Part shown: piece by piece, positions 17,542-27,822 of the stretch
Position numbering within the stretch: position 1 is the stretch's first letter
How the letters are laid out: every line of letters starts with the position of its first letter
NCBI RefSeq assembly: GCF_034519685.1
Contig: NZ_JAXHOF010000003.1
Coordinates: 528,967 to 592,966 of the forward strand
Length of the DNA stretch: 64,000 nucleotides
DNA from: Sphaerotilus sp.
GTDB taxonomy: Bacteria > Pseudomonadota > Gammaproteobacteria > Burkholderiales > Burkholderiaceae_C
Direction: 5' to 3'
Position numbers and translations under genes: made by a program
The notes under the pieces: model-generated
The model's input: only the letters and a program-made list of their open reading frames with translations
Database searches by the model: none
Told to the model about the DNA's origin: nothing

Positions 17542-20022
17542 CTATGCCGCGACCACGAACCTTTGCGCCTCGACTCCGTCCACCTTGAGCGCGTCGAGGT
17601 CGATCACGGCGTCGGCCATCGCCGTCAGCTCGGGCGTCTGCGAGACGAAGAACTCGCGCTCGTAGCCACCGAGGCGCAGCACTTCACGCTTCATCGCCAT
17701 GAACATGCGCTTGCGTTGCGGGTCCAGCGCGCCGTCCGCCTCGTCGGTGAACAACGTCGTGTAGCGGCGGCCGGTGTTTCGCGCCAGGTACAACGCGATC
17801 GCGCGGGTCAGGCATGACTCCACGAACGTGCGCTCGCCGCCGCTCATCAAGCTGACGCTCTTGCTTTCGCCGGTGTCGCCGTCGTGCACGACGATGTCGA
17901 ATCCCTCCTTCTGCTCGCCCTTGGTCGTCTCCAGCAAGGTGTGGATCGACAGCGTGAAGCGCGGCCCATAGCAGGCCAGCAGCAGGTCGTTCGCCAGCGC
18001 CGAGAGCGCGGGCCCCGCATCGTCGATCGCCAGTGCGATCAGCCCGTCATTGCTCATGCAGCGCGCGAAGAGGCTCCAGTTGCCCAGCTCGTCCTCGACG
18101 CGAGCGCTGCGCGCACGAACCTGCTCGCGGCGCTCTGCCAGCCCGGCTTCTTGTTTGGAGACTTCTTCCAGCGTCTGCATTTCGCGCACCGCCGTCAGCA
18201 TCGCTTGCTCGGCGGCGCCGAGGGCTTCCCGAGCGGCGCCCAGTGTCCGTGAGGCTTCCGTCACCTGCCGCTCGTCGAAGGCAGGCGACAGCGACGCGAG
18301 CGCGTGATCCAGGCGCGCCAGCGCTGCCCCGGCCTGGCTCGCCTGCCGATCCAGTTGCTGCTCGATCGTCTGGCGTGACGCGGCAACCTGTTGGCGTTCG
18401 GCGCGCTCGTCGGGTGTTTCGGCAACTGCATCGGCAGCCGCCTCGGGGCCAAGCTCCTGCAACTCCCGTTCGGTCTCGATCAGAGTCGTCTGCGCTTGGG
18501 AACACGCCGGTGCCTTCGAGCGCAGCACGGCCAGGCAACTCACCCGCTCGCGTGCGATGGCCTCGTGTCGTTCGGCCCGCGCCAGGTTCTGAGGTGCGCC
18601 GGCCAGCGCTTCGCTGCGCAGGCGCGCGGCAATGAGTTCCTGCTGCGCCTCCGACTTCTCGCCCGCCAGCCGAGCCACCTGGGCCTGGGCGCTCGGGATC
18701 AGCGCCTGCGCCTCGCGCGCATCGCCCAGCAGCTTGCAGCGGCCCTGCAGATCGGTACCGGCACAAGGCACCTCGCCGGCCAGGCCGAACCGGCACGCGA
18801 GTTCCTCGGCCCTGAGCGCTGCGCGGCCTGCCTCCCGCTCGATGCCGGCCACGCGCTGTTCCGCAAGCCGCACCGCCCCTTGGCACTGCGTCAGCGCATG
18901 GATCTTCTCGCGACAGGCCTCCGTGCGCGCGCTGCGCAGCACCTGCACGTGTTGCGCCAGCGGCAAGCGCCGGTCCGCACGCTGCACCTCGCCAGCCTCG
19001 GCAAGCACCGCCAGGCATCGCTGCCTGGATTGGGTCAGGGCCTGCCGCCGCGAGCGTTCCTGCTGCAGGCGTCCGGCAACCCGCTGGCCGAGCCGCCCCA
19101 GCCGCTGCCGCTCGGCCTGATCCTGGGTCTGCAGCGCGCGGCGTGTCTGCGCACTGGTGTCCAACGTGGTTTGGCGCTCGGCGATGAGCTGCACGCGGCG
19201 AACCTCGGTGGCCTGAGCCTGCTCGCGCTCGACCACCACGCGGGCATGCAGCGCCTGCACCGCCTCCAAGGCGGCATGCGCCGCCGTCTTGGCACGCTCA
19301 GCCGCGAACACGCGCTCGCCCGCTCCTTCGAGTCGCCGGCGCGTCGCCTCGAGGCGCTGACCCTCCGCATCGAGTCCGGACAGGTCCTGGCGGATGGTGG
19401 CCAACCCCGCCTTCAACAGGCGCACCGTTTCCGCGGCCTTCTGACCCAGGGCGCGGATTTCCTCCTGCCCGAGCAGATCGGCCAGCAGCGACTTGATCTC
19501 GGCGTTGCGATAGGTGCTGAGCTGCCGCTTACCCTGTGCCGCGAACACGGAGGTGAAGAAGGTCTCGGCGCTCCCGCAGATGGCCTCGACGCAGCAGGTG
19601 TACGTCTCGACCCGGCCGTCGGACACCGTGCCGTCATCGAGCCGCACCGGCCGCCACACTCCGGCGTCGTCGAGCATGTGCAGGTAGGCCTGGGTGCGTA
19701 GGCGGCCATTGAGGCGAATGACGATCTGTGATCGATAGCTGCGACCCTCGTGGGCCCAGGTCAGATCCTTCAAGCTCTCGGGCAGGTACACATGGTCGTA
19801 GTAGGAGAAGCCGCCCGCCCCCGCCAGGGCGGCCCGGCTCGGCAGTCCGATGAAGGGCACGAGGCAGTCCATGATCGTCGACTTGCCGCTGCCGTTCGCC
19901 CCGACGATGGCGATCAGCTGCGCGTCTTGCGTCAGGCGCTCGAGGTCGAGCGTGATTTCGTCGCGGCCCAGGCCGTCGCGGATGCCGCGGAATCCCTTGA
20001 GGGTGAGTGCGAGAGGTTGCAT
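17542..20022 (-). CDS. Rad50/SbcC-like coiled-coil ABC ATPase
   Basis: 826 aa. Walker A GANGSGKST, Q-loop AAQGK, long Gln/Arg/Ala/Glu coiled coil, signature SGGE, Walker B LFTDEADGALD. Confidence 0.85.
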   Translation of the reverse strand: MQPLALTLKGFRGIRDGLGRDEITLDLERLTQDAQLIAIVGANGSGKSTIMDCLVPFIGLPSRAALAGAGGFSYYDHVYLPESLKDLTWAHEGRSYRSQIVIRLNGRLRTQAYLHMLDDAGVWRPVRLDDGTVSDGRVETYTCCVEAICGSAETFFTSVFAAQGKRQLSTYRNAEIKSLLADLLGQEEIRALGQKAAETVRLLKAGLATIRQDLSGLDAEGQRLEATRRRLEGAGERVFAAERAKTAAHAALEAVQALHARVVVEREQAQATEVRRVQLIAERQTTLDTSAQTRRALQTQDQAERQRLGRLGQRVAGRLQQERSRRQALTQSRQRCLAVLAEAGEVQRADRRLPLAQHVQVLRSARTEACREKIHALTQCQGAVRLAEQRVAGIEREAGRAALRAEELACRFGLAGEVPCAGTDLQGRCKLLGDAREAQALIPSAQAQVARLAGEKSEAQQELIAARLRSEALAGAPQNLARAERHEAIARERVSCLAVLRSKAPACSQAQTTLIETERELQELGPEAAADAVAETPDERAERQQVAASRQTIEQQLDRQASQAGAALARLDHALASLSPAFDERQVTEASRTLGAAREALGAAEQAMLTAVREMQTLEEVSKQEAGLAERREQVRARSARVEDELGNWSLFARCMSNDGLIALAIDDAGPALSALANDLLLACYGPRFTLSIHTLLETTKGEQKEGFDIVVHDGDTGESKSVSLMSGGERTFVESCLTRAIALYLARNTGRRYTTLFTDEADGALDPQRKRMFMAMKREVLRLGGYEREFFVSQTPELTAMADAVIDLDALKVDGVEAQRFVVAA

Positions 20023-20202
20023 GGTGAGCCTTCAGGAAGCAGGTGTGCTCAGGCTCCCATGCACCGTCACCCCTTCAAGCCCCTGCCCTTCTGCAAGCGA
20101 CATCCTGGCTCAACTCGACCGAGGTGGAGACTCCCCGCTATGCCGCCGACGGCGAGTCCGCAGTGCGGAGAATGACTCTGGGGCCCGATCCGGACGCGGC
20201 CG

Positions 20203-20754
20203 TCACGCCCTGCCTGCCTCGCGCTCGCGCCGCCTTCGCCGCAGGAGCCAGAGATATGCCGCCGCCAACGCCGCGTAGTTCGCGGCCATGAACCCCGGCG
20301 AATTCCACGCCAGCCCGTCGAGGCCCTCGCGCGTGATCGGCCACAGCACCGGCGACGGGTAGTAGTCGTTCGAATGCGTGAACACGTCGATGACGACGTG
20401 CGACCACCAGCCCAGCAGCGGAATCCACAACTGCCTCGTCCACAGCCACAGCAGCAGCGTGACCACGCCCGCCGCGATCGCGCTGTGCGTGACGCAGTGC
20501 AGGTTGTGCGACAGCCACTCGACCCAGAATGGCAGCGCCGGCTCCTGGCCTGGCGCAGCGATCGCGTAGCCCCGTACTGTTGCCGCGCTGCCGGACCCGA
20601 ACACCGACCAGCCCACGATGGGAAGCAGATGCGGAACGTCCGGCGCCACCGCGAGCGCCACCGTCGCCGTCGCGGCACGCGACGAGATCGCCCAGCGGCG
20701 ACGTGCAATCATCACGCCGGCGCCGACCCACAGTGCATGTGCCAGTACATCCAT
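20203..20754 (-). CDS. membrane-bound metal-dependent hydrolase-like protein (YdjM/DUF457-like)
   Basis: 183 aa from ATG 20754. Several TM segments and His-rich motifs (LSHNLHCVTH, WWSHVVIDVFTH). Confidence 0.5.
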   Translation of the reverse strand: MDVLAHALWVGAGVMIARRRWAISSRAATATVALAVAPDVPHLLPIVGWSVFGSGSAATVRGYAIAAPGQEPALPFWVEWLSHNLHCVTHSAIAAGVVTLLLWLWTRQLWIPLLGWWSHVVIDVFTHSNDYYPSPVLWPITREGLDGLAWNSPGFMAANYAALAAAYLWLLRRRRREREAGRA

Positions 20755-20768
20755 CGACGGCCTTTCCT

Positions 20769-22721
20769 CTACCGCCCTGCGCGCAGCGCGTCGGCGCGGT
20801 CCAGCGACGCGAGGAACTGCTCGGGCGGCTGGAACCCGATCACGCGCAACGCCACCTCCCGGCCCGCGCGGTCGAAGAACACGATCCCCGGCGGCCCGAA
20901 GAGATCGAATCGGCGCAGCATGGCCTGGTCGTCGGCGCTGTTGGCGGTCACGTCGGCGCGCAGCAGCAGCGTGTCCTTCAGGCGTGCCTGCACGCGCGCA
21001 TCGCTGAACGTGAACCGGTCCATCTCCTTGCACGACACGCACCACTCGGCCCAGAAGTCCAGCATCACGGGGCGGCCGCGTGCGGCCTGCAGCCGGGAGT
21101 CCAGGTCAGGCACGCTGCGCACCGTCTGGAACGGCAACTCGCGCGCGGCGCCGCTGCGGGCCTCGGCGCGCAGGCCGGCCAGGGGCTGCAGGATGTCGCG
21201 ATGCCCCGACAGTGCACCTGCCAGCAGCGCCGCCCCCGTCAGCAGGGCCAGCACCCCAAGGCCCTTGAACAGTCGACGATGGCCGGGCGCGTCGACCGGC
21301 AGGGGGTCCAGCGCGTGCAGGTAGATCGCCGCGACGATCAGCAGGGCGGCCCACAGCAGTTGCTGCGCGACGACCGGAATCACCGCGCTCAGCATGTAGA
21401 TCGCTACGCCGAGCATGGCCACGCCGAAGAGCCGCTGCACCGCCAATGTCCACGGGCCTGCCTTCGGCAGCAGAGCTGCCGCCGTCGTGCCGACCGCGAT
21501 CAGCGGGACACCCATGCCGACGGCCATCGCGAACAGCGCCGTTGCGCCCAGCACGACGTCGTGCGTCTGGCCGATGTAGAGCAAGGCGCCGGCCAGCGGC
21601 GCGGCCACGCAGGGCCCGACGATGACGGCCGACAGCACGCCCATCAGGAAGACGCCGGCCGCGCGGCCGCCGCGAACCCGGCTGCCGGCTCCGGCCAGCC
21701 GGTTGCGCAGCGCGGCGGGCAGCTGCAGCTCGTACAGGCCGAACATCGACAGCGCCAGCAGCACGAAGACCAGCGCGAAGCCGCCAAGCACCCACGGCGT
21801 CTGCAGGTACGCCGACAGCAGCGTGCCGGCAAGGCCCGCGGCCACGCCCGCCAGGGCGTACGTGATCGCCATGCCCAGCACGTAGAGCGCCGACAGGCCG
21901 AGCGCATGCCGCCGCGTCGTGTGCCGCCCCTGCCCGACGATGATGCCGGAAAGGATGGGGATCATCGGCAGCATGCAGGGCGTGAAAGCCAGCAGCACGC
22001 CGAAGCCGAAGAAGGCCGACACCAGAAGCCAGCGGCTGCCCTGGGTGAACAACCCTCGCACGGCATCGGCGTCCGACGGATCCGGCGCTGCCGGCCGCGC
22101 GCGAGTCGCCGAGACATCCGACGCGCCCGCCGCGGGAGCCCAGGCGACCCCGCCAGTCCCGGTCAACGCGACCGTGACCGTCTTCTCGATCGGCGGATAA
22201 CACACACCCAGCGGCTCGTTGCAGCCCTGGTAGGAGGCGCGCAACTGGACCTCCCGTGCGAGACGGTCCGGGTGGCGTAACGCGACCAGCGCCTGGAACG
22301 CGCGGTGGTAGACCTGCACGGTGCCGAAGGTCGGGTCGGCCTTGGGTTCCCCCGCCGGCAGTTCGACGCCGGCCACCGACACCCCGGGCGGATCGGCGAC
22401 GCTGAAGCTGATGCGGTCGCGATAGAGGTAGTAGTCCTTCGCGGGGGTCAGGGTGGCGACCAGCGTGTTGGCGTCGCGTGCCGCGACAACGATCTGGAAG
22501 GCCTGGTCCGGCGGCAGCAGTTCGCCAGGCAGCTTCGTGCCTCCCAGCAAGTTGCGCAGCGAATCCAGGGGGCCTGGCGCCGTGGAACTCGACGGGGCGG
22601 GCTGCGCGCGCGCCGTGCCGCCGACATCGGGGATCTGCGCCCACGCCACGGCCGACACGCCGAAGGCCAGGCCGGCCCACAGCATCGTGCGGCGGAGCCG
22701 GAGCGCGGCAGCACCGCTCAT
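20769..22721 (-). CDS. dsbD: thiol:disulfide interchange protein DsbD (ScsB-like)
   Basis: 650 aa from ATG 22721 (SD GAAGGTGAG). N-terminal periplasmic domain, central multi-TM CcdA-like core, C-terminal thioredoxin domain with WCVSC. Confidence 0.85.
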   Translation of the reverse strand: MSGAAALRLRRTMLWAGLAFGVSAVAWAQIPDVGGTARAQPAPSSSTAPGPLDSLRNLLGGTKLPGELLPPDQAFQIVVAARDANTLVATLTPAKDYYLYRDRISFSVADPPGVSVAGVELPAGEPKADPTFGTVQVYHRAFQALVALRHPDRLAREVQLRASYQGCNEPLGVCYPPIEKTVTVALTGTGGVAWAPAAGASDVSATRARPAAPDPSDADAVRGLFTQGSRWLLVSAFFGFGVLLAFTPCMLPMIPILSGIIVGQGRHTTRRHALGLSALYVLGMAITYALAGVAAGLAGTLLSAYLQTPWVLGGFALVFVLLALSMFGLYELQLPAALRNRLAGAGSRVRGGRAAGVFLMGVLSAVIVGPCVAAPLAGALLYIGQTHDVVLGATALFAMAVGMGVPLIAVGTTAAALLPKAGPWTLAVQRLFGVAMLGVAIYMLSAVIPVVAQQLLWAALLIVAAIYLHALDPLPVDAPGHRRLFKGLGVLALLTGAALLAGALSGHRDILQPLAGLRAEARSGAARELPFQTVRSVPDLDSRLQAARGRPVMLDFWAEWCVSCKEMDRFTFSDARVQARLKDTLLLRADVTANSADDQAMLRRFDLFGPPGIVFFDRAGREVALRVIGFQPPEQFLASLDRADALRAGR

Positions 22722-22728
22722 GCCGCGC

Positions 22729-23301
22729 TCACCTTCGAGGCCCCCAGCGCACATCCACCGCCGCCTGGATCTTTGCGGCATCGGTGATGCCCTTCTCGCT
22801 CATCTCGAAAGCGATCTCGGCCGTGCCCAGGCACACGGCGCAGTCCTCGGCCATCCGGTCCTCGAAGCATTGGAGGCTCGAGCGGTGCACGCCGCGGTTC
22901 TCGCACCCGCACCAGCAATAGAGCCGGTTCAGCAGCGCCGGGATCTTCGCCGCGATTCGATAGCCGCGCCGAACCTCGGGCCGCGAAAACTGATCGGCAT
23001 CAAGCACCGCCGACGCATCGCTGCGGCCGCTGACGACGATGCGAAGTCCGTCGGCGCGCAACATGCCGACTCGCCATCCGTTCGCGCCGGCGCTCGGCAC
23101 CTCGGCCCGAGAAGCGCCGACGTTTGCGTCTCGCGGCGGCGTCGGGACGAGCCATGTCATCAGCGCAGCCACGCAGACCACCGCCAGCACGGCCAGCAGT
23201 GCCAGTACAGCGTTGCGCGCGGTCCCGGGCCTGGCGACGACGCTCGAACTGCGGTCGTGGCCGTTCCGGATCGAGCACTTGTCGTGGGCACGTCGCTTCA
23301 T
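22729..23301 (-). CDS. CYCXC / PCYCGC-motif membrane-anchored protein
   Basis: 190 aa from ATG 23301. One TM segment. Motif LYCWCGCENRG, and later DCAVC. Confidence 0.55.
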   Translation of the reverse strand: MKRRAHDKCSIRNGHDRSSSVVARPGTARNAVLALLAVLAVVCVAALMTWLVPTPPRDANVGASRAEVPSAGANGWRVGMLRADGLRIVVSGRSDASAVLDADQFSRPEVRRGYRIAAKIPALLNRLYCWCGCENRGVHRSSLQCFEDRMAEDCAVCLGTAEIAFEMSEKGITDAAKIQAAVDVRWGPRR

Positions 23302-23323
23302 GGGCATCTCCTGAAAATGGTCC

Positions 23324-24037
23324 TCAGGGCTTGGACGCGCGCCGGAGCTCGGCTTCGAGTTGTGCGCGCGGCACCGCGCCGACGAGCCGGGTGCCATCGG
23401 CCAGCACCAACGTCGGCGTTCCGTTGATGCGGTGCCGCTTGGCGAAGGCGGCGATCTCGGCGATCGGGTCGGCGCAGTTGGCCGTCCCCACCGGCGCGAC
23501 GCCGGCCCGCATCACCTCGGCCCAGGCCTTGGTGCGGTCGGGGGCGCACCAGACGGCGCGCGACTTGGCGGCAGCCTCCGGGTGCAACTGGTCGATCGGA
23601 TAGAGAAAGACGTACACGGTCAGGTCGTCGATCTCCTTCAAGGTCGTCTCGAGGGCCTTGCAGTACGGACAGTCGGGATCCTCGAAGATGGCCAGCTTGC
23701 GCGCCCCGCTTCCCTGCACCCACGAGATTGCCAGCCGGGTGTCCAGCGTGTCGAAAGCAATCCGGTTGATCTGGGCCAGCCGTGCGTCGGTGAGGTTGCG
23801 CTTTGCCCGGACGTCGACCAGCGGACCGCCGAGCAGATAGCGGCCATCCTCGGTGACGTAGAAGACCTGGCCGTCGACCGCCGCTTCGAGCAGGCCGGGG
23901 ATCGGCGTGCTGGCGACGGTCGGCGCCTCGGCGTTCGGGAACAGGCGCTGCACCGTCGCGCGCACGGCGGCTTCATCGGCGTATGCCGCAGTGGCCAGCC
24001 CGGTGGCCACGAGCGCGATCAGGCTTCGCGATCCCAT
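23324..24037 (-). CDS. DsbC/DsbG-family periplasmic disulfide isomerase (ScsC-like)
   Basis: 237 aa. Signal peptide, CPYC active site, dimerisation-type N-terminal domain. Confidence 0.8.
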   Translation of the reverse strand: MGSRSLIALVATGLATAAYADEAAVRATVQRLFPNAEAPTVASTPIPGLLEAAVDGQVFYVTEDGRYLLGGPLVDVRAKRNLTDARLAQINRIAFDTLDTRLAISWVQGSGARKLAIFEDPDCPYCKALETTLKEIDDLTVYVFLYPIDQLHPEAAAKSRAVWCAPDRTKAWAEVMRAGVAPVGTANCADPIAEIAAFAKRHRINGTPTLVLADGTRLVGAVPRAQLEAELRRASKP

Positions 24038-24040
24038 GCT

Positions 24041-25741
24041 TCAGGCCTTGACGAGGTAGTTGCGCATCAGGCCCGTGTCCTCGTGCTCGAGCATGTGGCA
24101 GTGATAGAGGAACAGGCCCGCGTGGTCCTCGAAGCGCAGCAGCACGCGCACGCGCTCGCCGGGCATCACGAGCACGGTGTCTTTCCAGCCTTCGTCGACG
24201 AAACCGGCGCTGACGGTGGTGTACTCGCGGGCGTTGCGGCGCAACAGCGCGCGCGACAGGACCCGGAACTGCAGGCCGTGCACGTGCATCGAGTGCGGCA
24301 TGGCCATGCCCATCATCGAGCCGCGCCCTTCGTTGCGGAACTCCCAGATCTCCTGGGTGCCGAGCTTGACGGTCTCCAGCTCGCTCGCGCCGAGCATGTC
24401 GAAGCCCCGGCCGTTGATGCCCCAGACCATCATCCCCATCGTCGGCTCGAAGACCTTGGGGCGCGCGGCGTTGACCGCCGCGCCGGGATCCGCGGGCGCG
24501 ATCTGCGTCAGCGCTGCCGGCAGCGTGCCCGGCTGCGCAGGGCCGCCGTCCACCCGGAAGCGCTGCACGTCGAACGCCGCGCCGTCGGGCAGGCCGGCCT
24601 GGGCGCCACCCATCATGCCGCCCATCATTCCGCCCATGTTCGTGCCGCCTTCGAAGGCGAGGCTGCGCAGCGTCACCTCGCTGCCCGCCCGGCGGCGGCC
24701 GAAGTCCACCCACAGGTCGACGCGCTCGGCCGGCGCGAGCATCACGTAGTCGCGCTGCACGGGCGCGGCCAGCAGGCCGCCGTCGCTGCCGATCACGGTG
24801 AGTGGCGAGCCGTCGCTCCAGGCCAGCTTGAGCGTGCGCGTGTTCGCCCCGTTGAGCAGGCGCAGCCGGTGCGGGCGGCGCGCGACCTCGCGCACGACGT
24901 GAGTGCCACCGTTGACGAGGATCTGGTCGCCCAGCACGCCCATCATCGAGCCCATGCCGCCGCCCATCATGCCGCCGCCGCCCGAGCCGCCACCCATCAT
25001 CCCGCCGCCGCCCATCATGCCGCCGCCCATCGTTCCGCGGTCTCGCACACCCGGGCTTGCGGCGCTGCCGCCGGGATAGACGAACTGGTTGTCGCCGTCG
25101 AACTCCCGGTCCTGGACGACCAGCGGCAGGTCGTGCGCGCCGCCGGGAAGCTCGAGCGCCGCTTCCTCGTCGTCGCCGACGATGAACAGGCCGGCCAGCC
25201 CGGCGTACACCTGCGCGCCGGTACGGCCATGCGGGTGCGGGTGGAACCAGTAGCTGCCGGCGCGGTTGCGCACCGTGAACTCGTAGACGTAGCGCGCACC
25301 CGGCGCGATCGCGAAGCGCGGGTGCCCGTCCATGTCGTCGGGCACATGCAGGCCGTGCCAGTGGATGATGGTCGGCTCGGACAGCCCGTTGACCAGGTCG
25401 ATGCGCACGCGCTGGCCGCGCCGCACGCGGATGAGGGGGCCGAGGTATCCAGCCGCCATGTCATCGATGGCCGCGTGGTCGCCGCGCAGCAGGCGGCCGT
25501 GGTAGCGCCACACGCGCGTCGGCGTGCCGGGCCGGATCGACACCTCGCCGGGCTCGGCGCGCAGTTCGAGGTGGACATCGGGCCGCGATCCTGCTTCGGC
25601 GCTGCGCGCGGTGCCGGGCCAGCCCAGCGCCGCTGCGGTGAGCCCCGCCAGCCCTCGAGACGATCGAACCAGCACCTCGCGTCGATGGGGGTCTGCGGGC
25701 ATCGAGGATCGCCCCTGCGGGTTCGCGCCGTGGTCACTCAT
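24041..25741 (-). CDS. multicopper oxidase with Met/Gly-rich insert (CopA/PcoA-like)
   Basis: 566 aa from ATG 25741. Tat-like RREVL signal, copper ligand motifs HWHG, HPHPHG and HCHMLEHED. Met/Gly tract encoded at 24941-25030. Confidence 0.85.
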   Translation of the reverse strand: MSDHGANPQGRSSMPADPHRREVLVRSSRGLAGLTAAALGWPGTARSAEAGSRPDVHLELRAEPGEVSIRPGTPTRVWRYHGRLLRGDHAAIDDMAAGYLGPLIRVRRGQRVRIDLVNGLSEPTIIHWHGLHVPDDMDGHPRFAIAPGARYVYEFTVRNRAGSYWFHPHPHGRTGAQVYAGLAGLFIVGDDEEAALELPGGAHDLPLVVQDREFDGDNQFVYPGGSAASPGVRDRGTMGGGMMGGGGMMGGGSGGGGMMGGGMGSMMGVLGDQILVNGGTHVVREVARRPHRLRLLNGANTRTLKLAWSDGSPLTVIGSDGGLLAAPVQRDYVMLAPAERVDLWVDFGRRRAGSEVTLRSLAFEGGTNMGGMMGGMMGGAQAGLPDGAAFDVQRFRVDGGPAQPGTLPAALTQIAPADPGAAVNAARPKVFEPTMGMMVWGINGRGFDMLGASELETVKLGTQEIWEFRNEGRGSMMGMAMPHSMHVHGLQFRVLSRALLRRNAREYTTVSAGFVDEGWKDTVLVMPGERVRVLLRFEDHAGLFLYHCHMLEHEDTGLMRNYLVKA

Positions 25742-26657
25742 GGCTTGCTCCGTGGGTGGCGATCGGCTTCCAGGTGCGGCCCGCGTCCCGGCTGAGGTAG
25801 ACATTGCGCTTGAAGCTGGCGATGGCGATCTCGCTGCGCCGCGCCGGGTTCTGCGCGATGTAGGCCACCGCGTCGTCGCTGAGCGCCGGGATTGCCAGCG
25901 CCTGCGGTTTCGCGCCGGCCGTCAGCGCCAGGCGCGCCAGCGCCGCCTGGCCCGCGTAGCTGCTGAACCACAGCTGCGTGCCGTCCAGGTCGAAGGTGAC
26001 GCCGAGCACCTGGGCTCCGGCCACGAGCCGCTCGAAGCGCCCGCCCGCATCGCGCGACAGGTACAGGCCGTCGGCTGTGCCTACGGCGACGATGCGCGCG
26101 GCGCCGGGGTGAACGGCCAGGCTCCTGATCTCGCCGCCCAGGCCGTTGGCCGCGGCGCGCGTCCACTTCATGCCGTCGTCCTCGGTGTGGTACAGGCCCG
26201 GCTCGCGCATGCGCGAGTTCGTGCCGGGGTTGACGACGTACACGGAGTGTGTGCCGTAGCTCGTGGCCAGCAGGTGGAAATCCGACTCGCCCTCCAGGCC
26301 GAGCATTCGCCAGGTCTTGCCGCCGTCGACGCTCTTGATGAGGCCGAAGGGGTTGGTCAGCCCCGAGCCCGGCGCCGGATGCCCGCTGCTGTACAGAGCG
26401 TCGCGCGCGGCCGCGAAGCCCATGTAGTCGTGCGCGGGGCCGTCGGCCTTGGACCATCGGCCCTTGTCGCCGGTCTCGTAGATCGCCAGGCCGTGGTGGC
26501 TCGGGATCATGAGCCGGCTGCCGTCGGCGCTGAAGGCGAGGCCGTGCACATGGGTCAGCGTGACCGCGTCGCCGGCGCGCGCGGCACCCATCGCGCCGCT
26601 GGCGAACGCCAGCGCGAGCATGAGGGCAGGAAGGTGCTTCTTCAGGTTCGATCGCAT
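25734..26657 (-). CDS. exported BNR/Asp-box beta-propeller protein (Ycf48-like)
   Basis: 307 aa. Signal peptide. Asp-box motifs SVDGGKTW, TEDDGMKW, SRDAGRTW. Confidence 0.6.
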   Translation of the reverse strand: MRSNLKKHLPALMLALAFASGAMGAARAGDAVTLTHVHGLAFSADGSRLMIPSHHGLAIYETGDKGRWSKADGPAHDYMGFAAARDALYSSGHPAPGSGLTNPFGLIKSVDGGKTWRMLGLEGESDFHLLATSYGTHSVYVVNPGTNSRMREPGLYHTEDDGMKWTRAAANGLGGEIRSLAVHPGAARIVAVGTADGLYLSRDAGGRFERLVAGAQVLGVTFDLDGTQLWFSSYAGQAALARLALTAGAKPQALAIPALSDDAVAYIAQNPARRSEIAIASFKRNVYLSRDAGRTWKPIATHGASHE

Positions 26658-26706
26658 GACAGTCCTTGTCGGGTGATGAAGTGGAATTCGTCGGCCACGG
26701 GCCGCG

Positions 26707-27822
26707 TCACTGCGCGAGCAGCCGCGCCACGTCGGCGGCCATCGCCGCGACGTCGCGCGGGCCGCTCATCAGCAGGCGCCGCCGCCCCTGCGGGCCGTAG
26801 ACGTAGATCGCGCTGCCGTGGTCGACGGCGTAGTGGCCGTGGGCGTCGGGGGCATGCGCGGCGTGGAAGAACTTGAACTCCCTGGCGAGCGCCGCGGTGT
26901 CGGCCGGATCGCCGCGCAGGCCGAGGAAGTCCGGATGGAAGGCCGTCACGTATTTCGCGAGCACGGGTTCCGTATCGCGCTGCGGATCGACCTTCACGAA
27001 CAGCACCTGGACGCGCGCGCCGTCGGCGCCCAGCCGCTGGATCACGCGGGCCAGGTCGGCCAGCGTGGTCGGACAGACATCCGTGCAATGCGTGAAGCCG
27101 AAGAACAGCATCACCGCCTTGCCGCGGAAGTCCTGCAGGCTGCGCGGCTGGCCATGGTGGTCGGTCAGGTGAAAGTCGCGCCCCCACGCGACACGGGTGA
27201 TCTCGGTCGCGTTGAAGGGCGAAGCCGGTGCCCGCCAGGCTGCTTCGATGCGCCCACGGATCAACCCGACCAGGCCCGGGTCGTCCCAGGCGGCGGGGCC
27301 CAGCTTGCGGCCGATCTCGTTGCCGTCGCTGTCGATGAGCAGCGTCAACGGCACACCGGCGGTGGCGAGCACGGACAGGGCCGCGCCCGCGCTATCCAGG
27401 TACGGCCGCAGGTGCTTGATGCCGGCGCGCTCGAAGAAGGGCCGCACGGCGGCCAGGCCGGTCGGGTCGACCGACAGCGCGAGTACCTCGAAGCCCGGTC
27501 CGCCCAGCAAGCCCTGCAGGCGGTCCAGCGCCGGCATCTCCTCGCGGCAGGGCAGGCACCAGGTGGCCCAAACGTTCAGCAGCACGACGCGCCCGCGGAA
27601 GTCGTCGAGGGCCAGGGTGCGGCCCGCGGCGTCGGCGAATGGCAGCGCCGGCACGGGGCGTGGCGACGCGTGCAGCTCGATGCCGCTTGCCTTCCCTCGC
27701 GCCTTCAGGACGTGCCACGCCAGCGGCGACAGCGCCAGCAGGCCGCCGACGACGCCGAGCGCGAGCCAGGTCCTGCGCCCTGTGGCCGGGCCTGAAGCGG
27801 GGGGTGCCTCGACAGGTCTCAT
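26707..27822 (-). CDS. fusion of a TlpA-like thioredoxin (ScsD-like) and an SCO1/SenC copper chaperone domain
   Basis: 371 aa in one frame. N-terminal TM segment, WCLPC thioredoxin motif, then the HCTDVCP SCO1 motif. The start overlaps the upstream stop (ATGA 27819-27822). Confidence 0.75.
   Translation of the reverse strand: MRPVEAPPASGPATGRRTWLALGVVGGLLALSPLAWHVLKARGKASGIELHASPRPVPALPFADAAGRTLALDDFRGRVVLLNVWATWCLPCREEMPALDRLQGLLGGPGFEVLALSVDPTGLAAVRPFFERAGIKHLRPYLDSAGAALSVLATAGVPLTLLIDSDGNEIGRKLGPAAWDDPGLVGLIRGRIEAAWRAPASPFNATEITRVAWGRDFHLTDHHGQPRSLQDFRGKAVMLFFGFTHCTDVCPTTLADLARVIQRLGADGARVQVLFVKVDPQRDTEPVLAKYVTAFHPDFLGLRGDPADTAALAREFKFFHAAHAPDAHGHYAVDHGSAIYVYGPQGRRRLLMSGPRDVAAMAADVARLLAQ

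Noticed and set aside
24941-25030. GC-rich near-periodic repeat (GCCGCC/CATCAT units) considered as a non-coding tandem repeat.
   Set aside because: It is in frame within the multicopper oxidase and encodes its Met/Gly-rich metal-binding loop (MGGGMMGGGGMMGGG...), a known feature of CopA/PcoA-type oxidases.
23360-25795. 811-aa plus-strand ORF. Similar long shadow ORFs lie at 20529-22280, 39576-41465, 43948-46197 and 47026-48996.
   Set aside because: Each lies antisense to a gene with strong family motifs (MCO/DsbG, DsbD, MerA, SbcD-like/ATPase, TPR/CobC). Their composition is Arg/Ala/Gly/Pro-biased, and they lack SD-start arrangements.
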